The notes beneath the pieces are model-generated. The model saw nothing but the letters and a program-made list of their open reading frames with translations, was not told the origin of the DNA and did not search any database. Below are positions 9,862 through 18,457 of a stretch of DNA of 64,000 nt, piece by piece (the first letter of the stretch is position 1; each line of letters starts with the position of its first letter). Origin of the DNA: an uncultured Holophagales bacterium (lineage in GTDB: Bacteria; Acidobacteriota; Thermoanaerobaculia; UBA2201); contig CAZRVT010000001.1 of the NCBI GenBank assembly GCA_964603505.1, positions 52,215-116,214 of the forward strand, given 5' to 3'. The translations under genes and the position numbers were made by a program.

Positions 9862-10202
9862 TCACGGGCGCACCCGCTTGAGCCAGCCCCCCAGCATCTT
9901 CCCCACGGGGTCCAGTTCCGTACAGAGGTGGTGGTACTTCTTCCGCCGGAGGTACCCCATCCCCGCCGCCAGGCGCAGGGTGAGGCGGAAGCCGTCAGGG
10001 CGGCCGAGGCCTCGCGCACCGCCCGAGGCGGGTCGAGGCCGTTCAATGCCCGGACGCAGGCGTCGCGGACGGCGAATAATTCGTCCTCCAGCCGCTTCCC
10101 CAGCGTGAAGCGGTGGTCGCGGGGGAACCGGCCGATTGGCGGCAGGAGCCACTCCAGGATGGATTGCATTTTCATCACCACAGGATAGTCGGTGTCGGTC
10201 AT
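9862..10202 (-). pseudogene. avd: avd (DGR accessory variability determinant) homologue with a single-nucleotide frameshift near 9996
   Basis: Frame A gives MTDTDYPVVMKMQSILEWLLPPIGRFPRDHRFTLGKRLEDELFAVRDACVRA..REASAAL (Avd hallmark FPR[DS][HE][KR]F.LG.R[IL]E). Frame B continues DGFRLTLRLAAGMGYLRRKKYHHLCTELDPVGKMLGGWLKRVRP* (Avd C-terminal LRF..RLA......Y..L...L.EIGKMLGGW). The junction gccctg/acggcttc would read ..AALDGFR.. if one G were restored. RBS GGGGGA before the ATG at 10202. Confidence 0.65.
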
Positions 10203-10274
10203 CTTGTCCCCCACCCACCAGGCAGTGGGCAGATAGCCAATGGAAAGGAGCGGGAACAGCGTTCCCCCGGGTGG

Positions 10275-10751
10275 TCACTCCCCCTGTTCCAAGTATTCCT
10301 TTTTCCCGAGAAGAAAGAGAAGATCTTCCTGGTCGCGCGGCCGCACGCCCCGTTTGGTCTCGATCAGCGTGGAAAGGCCGCACAGCGGGATGGTCGAACC
10401 GTCCAGGACCAGTTCCTCCACATCGCCGACCGCGGTCTCGAATGTGACCTCCCCCACCCTACCGATGAGGTCAATGACGACCTCCCCGGATGCCGGAGCG
10501 AACCGGACGACCGCATATTGTGCTACCTCCCCGTCCCCCAGCCCCAGGATCTCCTCCGAGCCATACGCCCGGTGGAGCGCCTCCTTCATCCTCCGGATGT
10601 TTTCGGGATCGGGGTCCACGAGCAGGTCGATGTCCTGCGTCGTCCGGAAGTAACCGTGAAGGGCGATAGCGCAACCGCCGATCACCACATAGCGGACCCC
10701 GGCGCCGTTGAGGGCCCGGCATAGCTTAACGAGTTCGTCCTTGATTTCCAA
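10275..10751 (-). CDS. Nucleotidyltransferase-fold protein (minimal NTase, GG..DxD)
   Basis: LEIKDELVKLCRALNGAGVRYVVIGGCAIALHGYFRTTQDIDLLVD matches the [GS]G-x9-13-DxD NTase core. No in-frame ATG; start assumed TTG at 10751, so boundary uncertain. Overlaps the upstream small ORF by ~25 nt. Confidence 0.5.
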   Translation of the reverse strand: MEIKDELVKLCRALNGAGVRYVVIGGCAIALHGYFRTTQDIDLLVDPDPENIRRMKEALHRAYGSEEILGLGDGEVAQYAVVRFAPASGEVVIDLIGRVGEVTFETAVGDVEELVLDGSTIPLCGLSTLIETKRGVRPRDQEDLLFLLGKKEYLEQGE

Positions 10752-10956
10752 GGCGGATCCGCGCCCGCATGGCCTGCGCCTGGGCCTCGTGAAAGGTTTC
10801 GAAACGGTACAGTCCCGGGGGCATTTGGATCGTGGGGGTGAACGCCAGGGCACTCTCAATATGCGCCCGATCGGGCGTGAAACGCCGGCTGATCCCTTTT
10901 CCCCCGGCCTCGAAACGCTCCGCGTCCTCGAAGCTCTTAAATTTAAAAATGGACAT
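10726..10956 (-). CDS. Small hypothetical protein (76 aa)
   Basis: ATG with good RBS (AAAGGTGA-N4-ATG); MSIFKFKSFEDAERFE.. Local GC lower than genome. No family recognised. Confidence 0.45.
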   Translation of the reverse strand: MSIFKFKSFEDAERFEAGGKGISRRFTPDRAHIESALAFTPTIQMPPGLYRFETFHEAQAQAMRARIRLGNQGRTR

Positions 10957-11120
10957 GGATCACCTTTCTCTATGATGATACCACACGACCTTCCCGTCCA
11001 TTCTCCCGGCAGATGGCCAATGGGATAGGGGGCAACGCCGGCGGCCTGACGGCCGCGATGGGAAAAAACCCCAAGTCCATCCCCCGCCCCCAAACCCCAA
11101 AACCGAAACCAAAAGCAAGG

Positions 11121-12989
11121 TCACCTGTCCTGGGCGCAACGGAAGCCGAGGTAGCAGTCCCCGCGGCCGGGGTCGCCCCCGTTGCGGTTGGAGACGCGCA
11201 GGTCCCCGGGGTGGAAGTACCAGGAACCGCCGCGCAATATCCGAGATTCGCTACCGCCTGTAACCCAAGCCCGGCCATCCATTGGGGCGCCCTGGTAATT
11301 ACCGTTCCCCCGGTCTTCGCACCACTCCCACACATTCCCCGCCAGGTCCAGGTGCCCGAACGGACCCATCCCCTCCGGATACTCGCCCACCGCCGAGGGG
11401 TGGCCGAGAGCTTCATCATAATTGGCCCGGCCCGCGTTCGGCTCCCCGTTCCCCCACGGATATTTCCGCCCATCCTTCCCCTTTGCCGCATACTCCCACT
11501 CCGCCTCGCTCGGCAACCGCAGCCCCGCCCATTTAGCATATGCTTTTGCTTCTTCCCAATTCACGTTTACCACCGGGTGGTCGGGGTAGCCCTCCAGGTA
11601 ATTGCCTTCCAGCTCATCGAATGTGCCATCGTTGCGCTCCATGAATTCCTCCAGGTCCCCGGCCCGGGCGCTCTTAAGATAGGCCAGAAACTGCCGGTTC
11701 GTCACCGGATGCTTGTCAAGCCAGAAGCCCGTTCTGAAGGTCACCTTGTGGACGGGCTTCTCATCGCCATAGGCCTCTTCATCTTCGCTCCCCATCATAA
11801 ACTCCCCGGGCGGCACCCAGACCATGACATGTCCGTTCTTAAGCTCCTTCTCGTAATAGCCCTTTTCGTTCTTCCGGATCCCCTCCCGCTGGTGAGGCGG
11901 CGGCAGATTGGGGTCTTGGGCCGCCACGCGCTCCTCCTCCAGCCCTTCCAGCCGCTTCTTCGCCGCCCCGGCGTCCGGCCGCTTGGAGCCATCCTTGTTC
12001 AGCAGTGTTCCCAAGGCGCCCCACAGCGCATCGTCCGCTTCCTGGGGCCGGCGCGCCTCCACCGTGCAGTGCTGGGAGCGCACCAGCTCCGCGTCCGGAT
12101 CGGTGAACGGGGCCCGCCCCGCCAGCATCTCGTACAACATTATGCCCACCGCGTAGACGTCCACCTTCCCCGTGATCTCCTCCCCCCGGATCCGCTCCGG
12201 CGCCATGTACCACGGCGTCCCCATGAACTTCCGGGCCTCCGACGCCGCCGACACCTGGCTCCGCGTGATATCCACGCTGATGCCGAAGTCGATGATCTTG
12301 GCGTTGCCGGTCTTCTTTTCGATCAGGATGTTCTCCGGCTTGATGTCCAGGTGGTAGATGCCCTCGTGGTGGGCCTCGGCCAGCCCCTCCAGGATCTGGG
12401 CGCAGATCTTGACCGCCTCCGGCTCAGGAAGGGTCTTGCGCTCATTAAGGACCTCCCGCAAACTCTGTCCTTCAACATAGGCCACGACTAGATATTCGTA
12501 CTCCCCATCCCTGCCCAGGTCGAAGACCCTGTTAATGTGGCGGTGGCTGAGACTGCTGAGGCGCCGGTATTCTTTGCGGAGGTTGTCAAGGGAGACGGGA
12601 TCGTATTCCCGCCCGGCCTTCAGGACCTTGAGGACTTTCTTGTCTCCAGTGCGCTCGTCGTGGGCCAGGAGGACATCGCCCTGTCCCCCGCTGGAAAGGG
12701 GCCGCTCCACCTTGTACCGTCCTTCGAGAACAGTGCCGGGACCAAGCATGGGCATGAAGGTGCCAACGGGGGCCGGGGGGATGGGGGACCGGGCCGGAAC
12801 CCCGGCGGGGCGGGGGGGCGGAGGCGGCCCCGACGGCGTGGGCGTCATCCCCCCCAGCGCCGCCCGCTCCTCGGGGGCCAGATCGGCCAGGATCTCCGCC
12901 TTGAGCTCCCGGTACATCTCCTCGCCGATCTCCTTGGCCAGGAAGCGTTCTCTCAGCACCCTCAATTGGCGCCGGGCATCGTCGGTCAT
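11121..12989 (-). CDS. SHOCT-like N-terminus + Ser/Thr protein kinase + C-terminal FGE-sulfatase/C-type-lectin-fold domain; candidate DGR variable protein
   Basis: Kinase motifs: SSGGQGDV (Gly loop), VLKVLK (Lys), YHLDIKPENILI (non-RD catalytic loop), IIDFGIS (DFG), YMAPE. C-terminal domain WLDKHPVTNRQFLAYL..NVNWEEAKAYAKWAG..RLPSEAEWEYAA..GNVWEWCED..RILRGGSWY..LGFRCA is the FGE-sulfatase fold. No signal peptide or TM, so predicted cytoplasmic. Confidence 0.85.
   Translation of the reverse strand: MTDDARRQLRVLRERFLAKEIGEEMYRELKAEILADLAPEERAALGGMTPTPSGPPPPPRPAGVPARSPIPPAPVGTFMPMLGPGTVLEGRYKVERPLSSGGQGDVLLAHDERTGDKKVLKVLKAGREYDPVSLDNLRKEYRRLSSLSHRHINRVFDLGRDGEYEYLVVAYVEGQSLREVLNERKTLPEPEAVKICAQILEGLAEAHHEGIYHLDIKPENILIEKKTGNAKIIDFGISVDITRSQVSAASEARKFMGTPWYMAPERIRGEEITGKVDVYAVGIMLYEMLAGRAPFTDPDAELVRSQHCTVEARRPQEADDALWGALGTLLNKDGSKRPDAGAAKKRLEGLEEERVAAQDPNLPPPHQREGIRKNEKGYYEKELKNGHVMVWVPPGEFMMGSEDEEAYGDEKPVHKVTFRTGFWLDKHPVTNRQFLAYLKSARAGDLEEFMERNDGTFDELEGNYLEGYPDHPVVNVNWEEAKAYAKWAGLRLPSEAEWEYAAKGKDGRKYPWGNGEPNAGRANYDEALGHPSAVGEYPEGMGPFGHLDLAGNVWEWCEDRGNGNYQGAPMDGRAWVTGGSESRILRGGSWYFHPGDLRVSNRNGGDPGRGDCYLGFRCAQDR
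11124..11231 (-). repeat. Putative DGR variable region (VR) at the 3' end of the kinase-FGE gene
   Basis: Coding codons between GGSW and LGFRCA read TAC TTC CAC CCC GGG GAC .. AAC CGC AAC GGG GGC GAC CCC GGC CGC GGG GAC TGC TAC. Almost all are NNC codons reachable from AAC by changes at A positions only, and two AAC are retained. Invariant scaffold (GGSW, LRVS, R, LGFRCA) flanks them. Confidence 0.55.
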
Positions 12990-13246
12990 GCGGTTATTCT
13001 ACCGGGAGATGCCAACGCCTGCAACAATGGTTATAAACGGCCTTCGCCGACAGCGGGTGTGGCTTCCTATTTGCGGGCGGAACGCCACTCCAGGTAATCC
13101 TCCCAGCGGCACCGCCAGCCCACCCCTTCCTCCTGCGTGAAGACGGGGATGCGGCCAGTGAGCCAAGCGCGATTCGGGAGACGCGGGGACTGGCACCACC
13201 CCCTCACCCTGCCCTCCATTCCATTCCCCGTTTTTCTTCCCCACGG

Positions 13247-14707
13247 TCATGATTGATAGATCAGGATCCTCTCCTCCGTCATCTCGTGGATGGCCCACCG
13301 GACGCCCTCCTTGCCCGCGCCCGACTGCTTCACCCCGCCGTAGGGCTGGTGGTCCACCCGGAAACTGGAGGCGTCGTTGACCACCAGGCCGCCGACGTGG
13401 ATCTCCCGGAACGCCTCCTGGATCCAGTCGGCTCGGTTGGTGAAGAGCGCCGCCTGGAGGCCGAACCGGCTGGCGTTGACCAGCTCGATCGCCTCGCGGA
13501 AGTCGGCGAACGGCGTCAGGGTGACGAGCGGGGCGAAGGCCTCCTCGTCCCACACCTTCATCCCCGGCCGGGCCCCCTCGAGCACGACGGGGTGGAGCAC
13601 CTTCCCCTCCCGCCTCCGCGGCGTCAGGAGGTTGCACCCCTTCTCCACCGCCTCGTCCACCCACCCCTCGATCCGCTTGACGGCGCCGGTGTCGATCATG
13701 GGGCCGATGAAGGTCTCCTCGTCGCGGGGGTCGCCCACCTTCAGCTTGACCACGTCGGCCAGCAGCCTCTCGGTGAAGGGGGCATAGACCCGCTCGTGGA
13801 CGAGGATGCGCTGGACCGAGATGCACGACTGCCCGGCGTAGGCCAGGCCCCCGGTGGCGCACTTGACCGCGGCCACGTCCAGGGCGGCGTCGTCGCACAC
13901 GACGACGGCGGCGTTGCCCCCTAATTCCAGGGTGACGAACTTATCATAGGCGCGCCGCTTCACCTCCCAGCCCGTCTCGGCCGAGCCGGTGAAGGAGACG
14001 AAGGCGACCTCGGGGCGGGTGTAGAGTTTCTCGGCGCGGGAGGAGACCATGGGGAGGAACGACACCGCCTCCTCCGGGTAGCCGGCGTCCAGGACCATCT
14101 GCATCAGCTTCCAGGCCGAGAGGGGGGTCTTGGAGGAGGGCTTGAGGAGGAACGGGCACCCGGCCGCCATGGCAGGGGCGAGTTTGTGGGCCACGAGGTT
14201 GAGGGGGAAGTTGAAGGGGGTGATGCCCGCGACGATGCCGCGGGGGAACCGGGCGACGACCCCCACCTTCCCCTCCGCCCACGGGACCCGGTCGAGGGGG
14301 AGCACCTCGCCGCCAATGCGGCGGGCCTCCTCGGCGGCCGTCTCGACGGTGAAGGCGGCCCGCGCCACCTCGGCCCGGGCCTGCCCGAGGGGCTTGCCGG
14401 CCTCCAGGCAGATGGTGGCCGCCAGGTCCTCCTTGTTCTTCTCCACCAGCTCCTTCAGCCGCATCAGGATCTGGTGCTTCATGTAGCCGGAAAGGTTGCG
14501 CGTCTGGTAGAAGCCCCGCTCGGCCTTCTCGACCGCCTTCTGGATGTGCTCCTCCCCCGCCAGGGCGACGAGCCCCACCTCGGAGCCGTCGAAGGGAAAG
14601 GTCACCTTGAGGGGGTCGGGGGTCATGATCCACTCGCCGCCGACCAGCAGGGGGTATTCCGTCACGCGCCATTCCAACTTACCCATCGCCGCCTCCTTGA
14701 ACAACAC
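13247..14707 (-). CDS. NAD(P)-dependent aldehyde dehydrogenase family protein
   Basis: ALDH signatures FTGS.ETG, LELGGNA, catalytic Cys in AGQSCIS, EEAFAP..; 486 aa. Confidence 0.85.
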   Translation of the reverse strand: MLFKEAAMGKLEWRVTEYPLLVGGEWIMTPDPLKVTFPFDGSEVGLVALAGEEHIQKAVEKAERGFYQTRNLSGYMKHQILMRLKELVEKNKEDLAATICLEAGKPLGQARAEVARAAFTVETAAEEARRIGGEVLPLDRVPWAEGKVGVVARFPRGIVAGITPFNFPLNLVAHKLAPAMAAGCPFLLKPSSKTPLSAWKLMQMVLDAGYPEEAVSFLPMVSSRAEKLYTRPEVAFVSFTGSAETGWEVKRRAYDKFVTLELGGNAAVVVCDDAALDVAAVKCATGGLAYAGQSCISVQRILVHERVYAPFTERLLADVVKLKVGDPRDEETFIGPMIDTGAVKRIEGWVDEAVEKGCNLLTPRRREGKVLHPVVLEGARPGMKVWDEEAFAPLVTLTPFADFREAIELVNASRFGLQAALFTNRADWIQEAFREIHVGGLVVNDASSFRVDHQPYGGVKQSGAGKEGVRWAIHEMTEERILIYQS

Positions 14708-14765
14708 AGGGGCACGGCATGCCGTGCCCCTGCTGGATTGCCGATGCCCGAATCAGGGGATCATC

Positions 14766-15590
14766 CTATTTGATCGTGTACTCCGGCGCCTCGGGGATGC
14801 CCTCCCGGCGCCCGGTGGTGCGCTGGCCGTGGACGACGCCGCACGGCTTCTTCGCCTTGAGCAGCTTCAGGTAGTCGAAGACGAGGCGGCGCTTCATGAG
14901 CTGGATGGCCTTGGCCGGGTCCACCCCCTTGGGGCAGGCGGCGGAGCACTCGGAGCCGAAGTGGCACGAGAAGACGCCGCTCTTCCGGTCCACCGCACCG
15001 GCCCTTTCGGCGAAGCCGCCGTCGCGGCTGTCGGCCGAGTAGCGGTAGCCCTGGGCCAGCGGCATGGGGCCGGGATAGTCGCGGTCGGCGGCCATGGTGG
15101 GGCAGGCGGCCATGCAGGCCCCGCAGCGGATGCAGTAGGAGAACTGGAGGTAGGCCTCCAGCTCGTGCGGGGTCTGGTGGAACTCCCCGGAGGGCTTCTC
15201 CATCTCCGCCTTGTCGTCGCGGATGATGAAGGGCTTGACGGCCTGGTGCTTCTCGAACATCGGAGTGAGGTCGGGGACGAGGTCCCGCACGGTGTGGAAG
15301 TTGGGCAGGGCGGCCACGGCGACCGTGGAGCATTTCAGGGCCGCCACCTGGGTGTTGCAGGCCAGGGTGGGGCGGCCGTTGATGAGCATGGCGCAGGAGC
15401 CGCACACGCCCATCCGGCACGAGTAGCGCCACGCCAGGCCGGGGTCGGCGTGCATCTTGATCCAGTGGAGGCCGTCGAGCACCGTCATCCCCTTGGTGTT
15501 GGGAACCTCGAAGGACTTCCAGGCGGGGGCGGCGTCGGTCTCCGGGTTGTACTTGCGGACGCGGAAGGTGATGGTCTTGGATTCGCTCAT
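14766..15590 (-). CDS. sdhB: Succinate dehydrogenase/fumarate reductase iron-sulfur subunit
   Basis: 2Fe-2S (CRMGVCGSC), 4Fe-4S (CIRCGACMAACP) and 3Fe-4S (CHFGSECSAACP) cysteine clusters. Confidence 0.85.
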   Translation of the reverse strand: MSESKTITFRVRKYNPETDAAPAWKSFEVPNTKGMTVLDGLHWIKMHADPGLAWRYSCRMGVCGSCAMLINGRPTLACNTQVAALKCSTVAVAALPNFHTVRDLVPDLTPMFEKHQAVKPFIIRDDKAEMEKPSGEFHQTPHELEAYLQFSYCIRCGACMAACPTMAADRDYPGPMPLAQGYRYSADSRDGGFAERAGAVDRKSGVFSCHFGSECSAACPKGVDPAKAIQLMKRRLVFDYLKLLKAKKPCGVVHGQRTTGRREGIPEAPEYTIK

Positions 15591-15602
15591 GGGGTCCCCT
15601 TA

Positions 15603-15983
15603 TCAGCCCTTCGTCGCCATGGCCCGGGCGGCGATGGCGGCGTAGGTCCCGACGACGAAGAGGGCCACGCCGAGCGTGGCCAGGCATGCCGTGGCGCACC
15701 GCTTGAGGCCGGCCTGCAGGTTCGTCTCGCCGATGACGGTGTTGAGCCCGTAGAGGCCGTGGAAGAGGGCGGCCCCCAGCAGGACGACGTAGGAGACCAT
15801 GAAGAAGCCCATCTTCGCCCGGGCGACGACGTTGTCCCAGTGGATGCCTTCCCCGCCGGCGGGATTGAGGGCGGCGAAAGGCAGGTGGTCGTCCAGGTGC
15901 ATGATGACCATGTGGAGGCCGAGCAGGACCAGGATGACCAGCCCCGCGAGGATGTGCCAGGTCCAGAGGCGCGAATGTTTCAT
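15603..15983 (-). CDS. sdhD: Succinate dehydrogenase hydrophobic membrane anchor subunit
   Basis: 126 aa with three hydrophobic helices, positioned between the cytochrome b subunit and sdhB. Confidence 0.55.
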   Translation of the reverse strand: MKHSRLWTWHILAGLVILVLLGLHMVIMHLDDHLPFAALNPAGGEGIHWDNVVARAKMGFFMVSYVVLLGAALFHGLYGLNTVIGETNLQAGLKRCATACLATLGVALFVVGTYAAIAARAMATKG

Positions 15984-15993
15984 GGGTCCCTCC

Positions 15994-16434
15994 TCAGTGC
16001 TTCAGGAACTCGAGGCCGCCCGTGACGACGAAGGCGGCCGCGGCCAGCATCAGGATGACGGTGACGATCCGGCTGGCGTGCAGGCTGGTCTTGTAGGGGT
16101 AGACGGGCTCGATGGGCTTGCCCACGGCGAACCCCAGCTCCACCAGGACGAGCCGGAGGCCGTTGAAGGCGTGGAACCCGAAGGCCGCCAGGACCAGGAA
16201 CTCGCCGACCACGAAGACGGGGTGGCGGAGGAAGCCGCCGTCCCCCAGGAGGCGGTTCCACGGCCCGGGGCCGAACACCCGCGAGGTGGTGACGAGGATG
16301 TGGAGGAGGAAATAGGAGAGGATCCCCAGCCCGGTGACGCGGTGCAGGGTGTAGAGGTAGCGCTCCGGGCTCCAAGCCCCGCCGAACGCCCAGCCCTTGA
16401 TCCCCAGATGGTTGTCGTGGGTCTTTTGCGCCAT
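15994..16434 (-). CDS. sdhC: Succinate dehydrogenase cytochrome b subunit
   Basis: 146 aa membrane protein with heme-ligand His residues (HRVTG.., HILVT), adjacent to sdhA. Confidence 0.6.
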   Translation of the reverse strand: MAQKTHDNHLGIKGWAFGGAWSPERYLYTLHRVTGLGILSYFLLHILVTTSRVFGPGPWNRLLGDGGFLRHPVFVVGEFLVLAAFGFHAFNGLRLVLVELGFAVGKPIEPVYPYKTSLHASRIVTVILMLAAAAFVVTGGLEFLKH

Positions 16435-16511
16435 GACGGCCTCCTAAGCAGGTCGGCCTGCAGCCTTTTGGCTGCAGGCCGGAACAAAGGTTAGATTCCT
16501 GTCATCGTCAC

Positions 16512-16575
16512 GGCGGGAGAGGGCGATTCCCTCTCCCGCCGGGCGGAGTGAATCCGCCCGGTTCCACCCTCTCCC
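16512..16575. repeat. REP-like structured repeat, copy A (hairpin GGGAGAGGG..CCCTCTCCC + second hairpin + CCACCCTCTCCCC)
   Basis: cgggagagggcgattccctctcccg, then ccgggcggagtgaatccgcccgg, then ttccaccctctcccc. Paralogous to 28326-28389. Lies in the 176-bp sdhA-sdhC spacer, which also contains the hairpin cggcctgcagcc-tttt-ggctgcaggccg at 16462-16489. Confidence 0.55.
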
Positions 16576-16610
16576 CATGCGGAAACCATCCCGGCCACGC
16601 ATGGCCGGCC

Positions 16611-18335
16611 CTAGTATTTCCGCTCCACCGGCTTCCACCGCGTAATGGTCACCGGCTTGTAGTCCAGCTCGGGCCCCTTGGCCCCCTTCTTCACCAGGGT
16701 GTGTTTGAGGAACTTGGCGTCGTCGCGCGCCGGAAAGTCGCGGCGGGCGTGGCCGCCGCGGGACTCCTCCCGCGCCAGGGCCGCGGTGATCATCACCTCG
16801 GCCAGGTCGAGGAGGTTTTCCGTCTCCAGGACATTCACCAGGTTGCTGTTGTACACCTTCCCCTTGTCCGCCACGCCGATGTTGGAGAACCGCTTGCGCA
16901 GAACCGCCAGCTTCTCCAACCCTTCCCGCATCTTCTTCCCTTCGCGGTAGACCCCCATGTGCTGGTCCATCAGGGTCCGCAGCGCCTCGCGGATGGCGTA
17001 GGGGTTCTCGGGGCCGTTCTGGTTGAGCACGGCGCCGAAGACCCGCTTCTCCTCCGCCTCGGCCGCCGCCGTCGGCGCCGGCGGCAGGGCGGGGTTGGTC
17101 TTCATGAACTTCACGATCTCGGTTCCACAGATGTCGCCCCAGACGAGGCACTCGGCGGTGGAGTTGCAGCCCAGCCGGTTGGCCCCGTGCATCGAGACGC
17201 AGGCCACCTCGCCGGCGGCCCACACCCCCTTGGCCTTGCAGGCGCCCCGGAGGTCGCACTCCACACCGCCCATGCTGTAGTGCGCGACGGGACGGACCGG
17301 GATGGGCTCCTTGATGGGGTCCAGGTCGAGGAATTTGATGCACACCTCGCGGATGAGGGGCAGGGCATGGTTGATGCGGTCGGCCCCCAGGTGGCGCAGG
17401 TCCAGGTGGATGTAGTCGAGTCCGTTGGGGCCGGGGAAGCCGCGCCCCTCCAGGATCTCGGTCATCTCGGCGCGGGAGACGATGTCGCGCGGGGCCAGCT
17501 CCATGAACTTGGCGGCATACTTCTCCATGAACCGCTCGCCCTTGTGGTTGACGAGGTAGCCCCCCTCGCCGCGGCACCCCTCGGTCATCAGGATGCCCGA
17601 CGGGACCAGCCCGGTGGGGTGGAACTGCAGGAACTCGGGGTCCTCCAGGTTCAGCCCGGCGCGGTAGGCGTAGGCCTGCCCGTCGCCGGTGACCGTCTGG
17701 GAGTAGGTGGTGAAGCCGTAGAGGTTGCCCAGGCCGCCGCTGGCGATGAGGAGGGCCTTGCCGCGAAGGAGGACGAACTCCCCTTGGGCCAGGTCGTAGG
17801 CCGTGAGCCCCTTGAACTGGCCGTCCTCGATGAGGATGGAGGTGACGAAGACCTCGTCGTATCGCTCGTAATTGGCGTGCCGGAGCATCTCGTCGTAGAG
17901 CGACTGCATCTCGAAGAAGCCCGTCTTGTCGGCCGCCATGGTGGAACGGGGGTAGCTGTGGCCGCCGAAGGGGCGCTGGGCGATGCGGCCGTCCGGGTCG
18001 CGCGACCACGGGAGCCCCCAGTGGTCCAGGAGCAGGATCTCCTTGGGGCTCATCTCGACGAAGAGCTCCACGGCGTCTTGGTCGGCCAGGAAGTCGGAGC
18101 CCTTGACCGTGTCCCAGGCATGGAGCTGGAAGGAGTCCCCCTCCTCCGGCCGCAGGACCGCCCCGGTCCCCCCCTCGGCGCAGACCGAATGGGCGCGCAT
18201 GATCTGCACCTTGGAGACCAGGGCCATGCGGACGGCGTCGCCCAAAGTGCGGGCGATCTCCACGGCCGCCCGCAGGCCCGCCAGCCCCGTTCCGAAAATG
18301 ATCACATCGTGGGTTTTTTCGATCACCGGCGACAC
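16611..18335 (-). CDS. sdhA: Succinate dehydrogenase flavoprotein subunit
   Basis: [19 protein letters not shown] fold, [10 protein letters not shown] with the covalent-FAD His, HYSMGG; 574 aa. Confidence 0.9.
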   Translation of the reverse strand: MSPVIEKTHDVIIFGTGLAGLRAAVEIARTLGDAVRMALVSKVQIMRAHSVCAEGGTGAVLRPEEGDSFQLHAWDTVKGSDFLADQDAVELFVEMSPKEILLLDHWGLPWSRDPDGRIAQRPFGGHSYPRSTMAADKTGFFEMQSLYDEMLRHANYERYDEVFVTSILIEDGQFKGLTAYDLAQGEFVLLRGKALLIASGGLGNLYGFTTYSQTVTGDGQAYAYRAGLNLEDPEFLQFHPTGLVPSGILMTEGCRGEGGYLVNHKGERFMEKYAAKFMELAPRDIVSRAEMTEILEGRGFPGPNGLDYIHLDLRHLGADRINHALPLIREVCIKFLDLDPIKEPIPVRPVAHYSMGGVECDLRGACKAKGVWAAGEVACVSMHGANRLGCNSTAECLVWGDICGTEIVKFMKTNPALPPAPTAAAEAEEKRVFGAVLNQNGPENPYAIREALRTLMDQHMGVYREGKKMREGLEKLAVLRKRFSNIGVADKGKVYNSNLVNVLETENLLDLAEVMITAALAREESRGGHARRDFPARDDAKFLKHTLVKKGAKGPELDYKPVTITRWKPVERKY

Positions 18336-18457
18336 GCTCCTTTATTCACAAAGTGGCGTACCAGGGATTATAAACCAAGTGGACGGCGGGAGCAACTTGG
18401 CGCACCGCGCTTCACCCATCGGACCGGCTCCCTGCCGCCGGGGGGCTCCCCGCCCCT

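Noticed and set aside
9660-10214. 184-aa ORF taken at face value as one protein
   Set aside because: Only the N-terminal ~70 aa resemble Avd; the Arg/Gly-rich tail is the wrong frame after the frameshift, and the real C-terminus is in the overlapping 9862-10383 frame.
9700-10275. Template repeat (TR) for the DGR immediately beyond avd or in other spacers
   Set aside because: Compared the short spacers (9789-9862, 10214-10275, 12990-13246) with the VR by eye; no extended similarity. TR and RT therefore not called in this window.
13140-13170. Possible att-type direct repeat of the tRNA-Arg 3' end at the proposed island right border
   Set aside because: Only ~9-17 nt of patchy similarity (ccgccagcccacccc); too weak to call.
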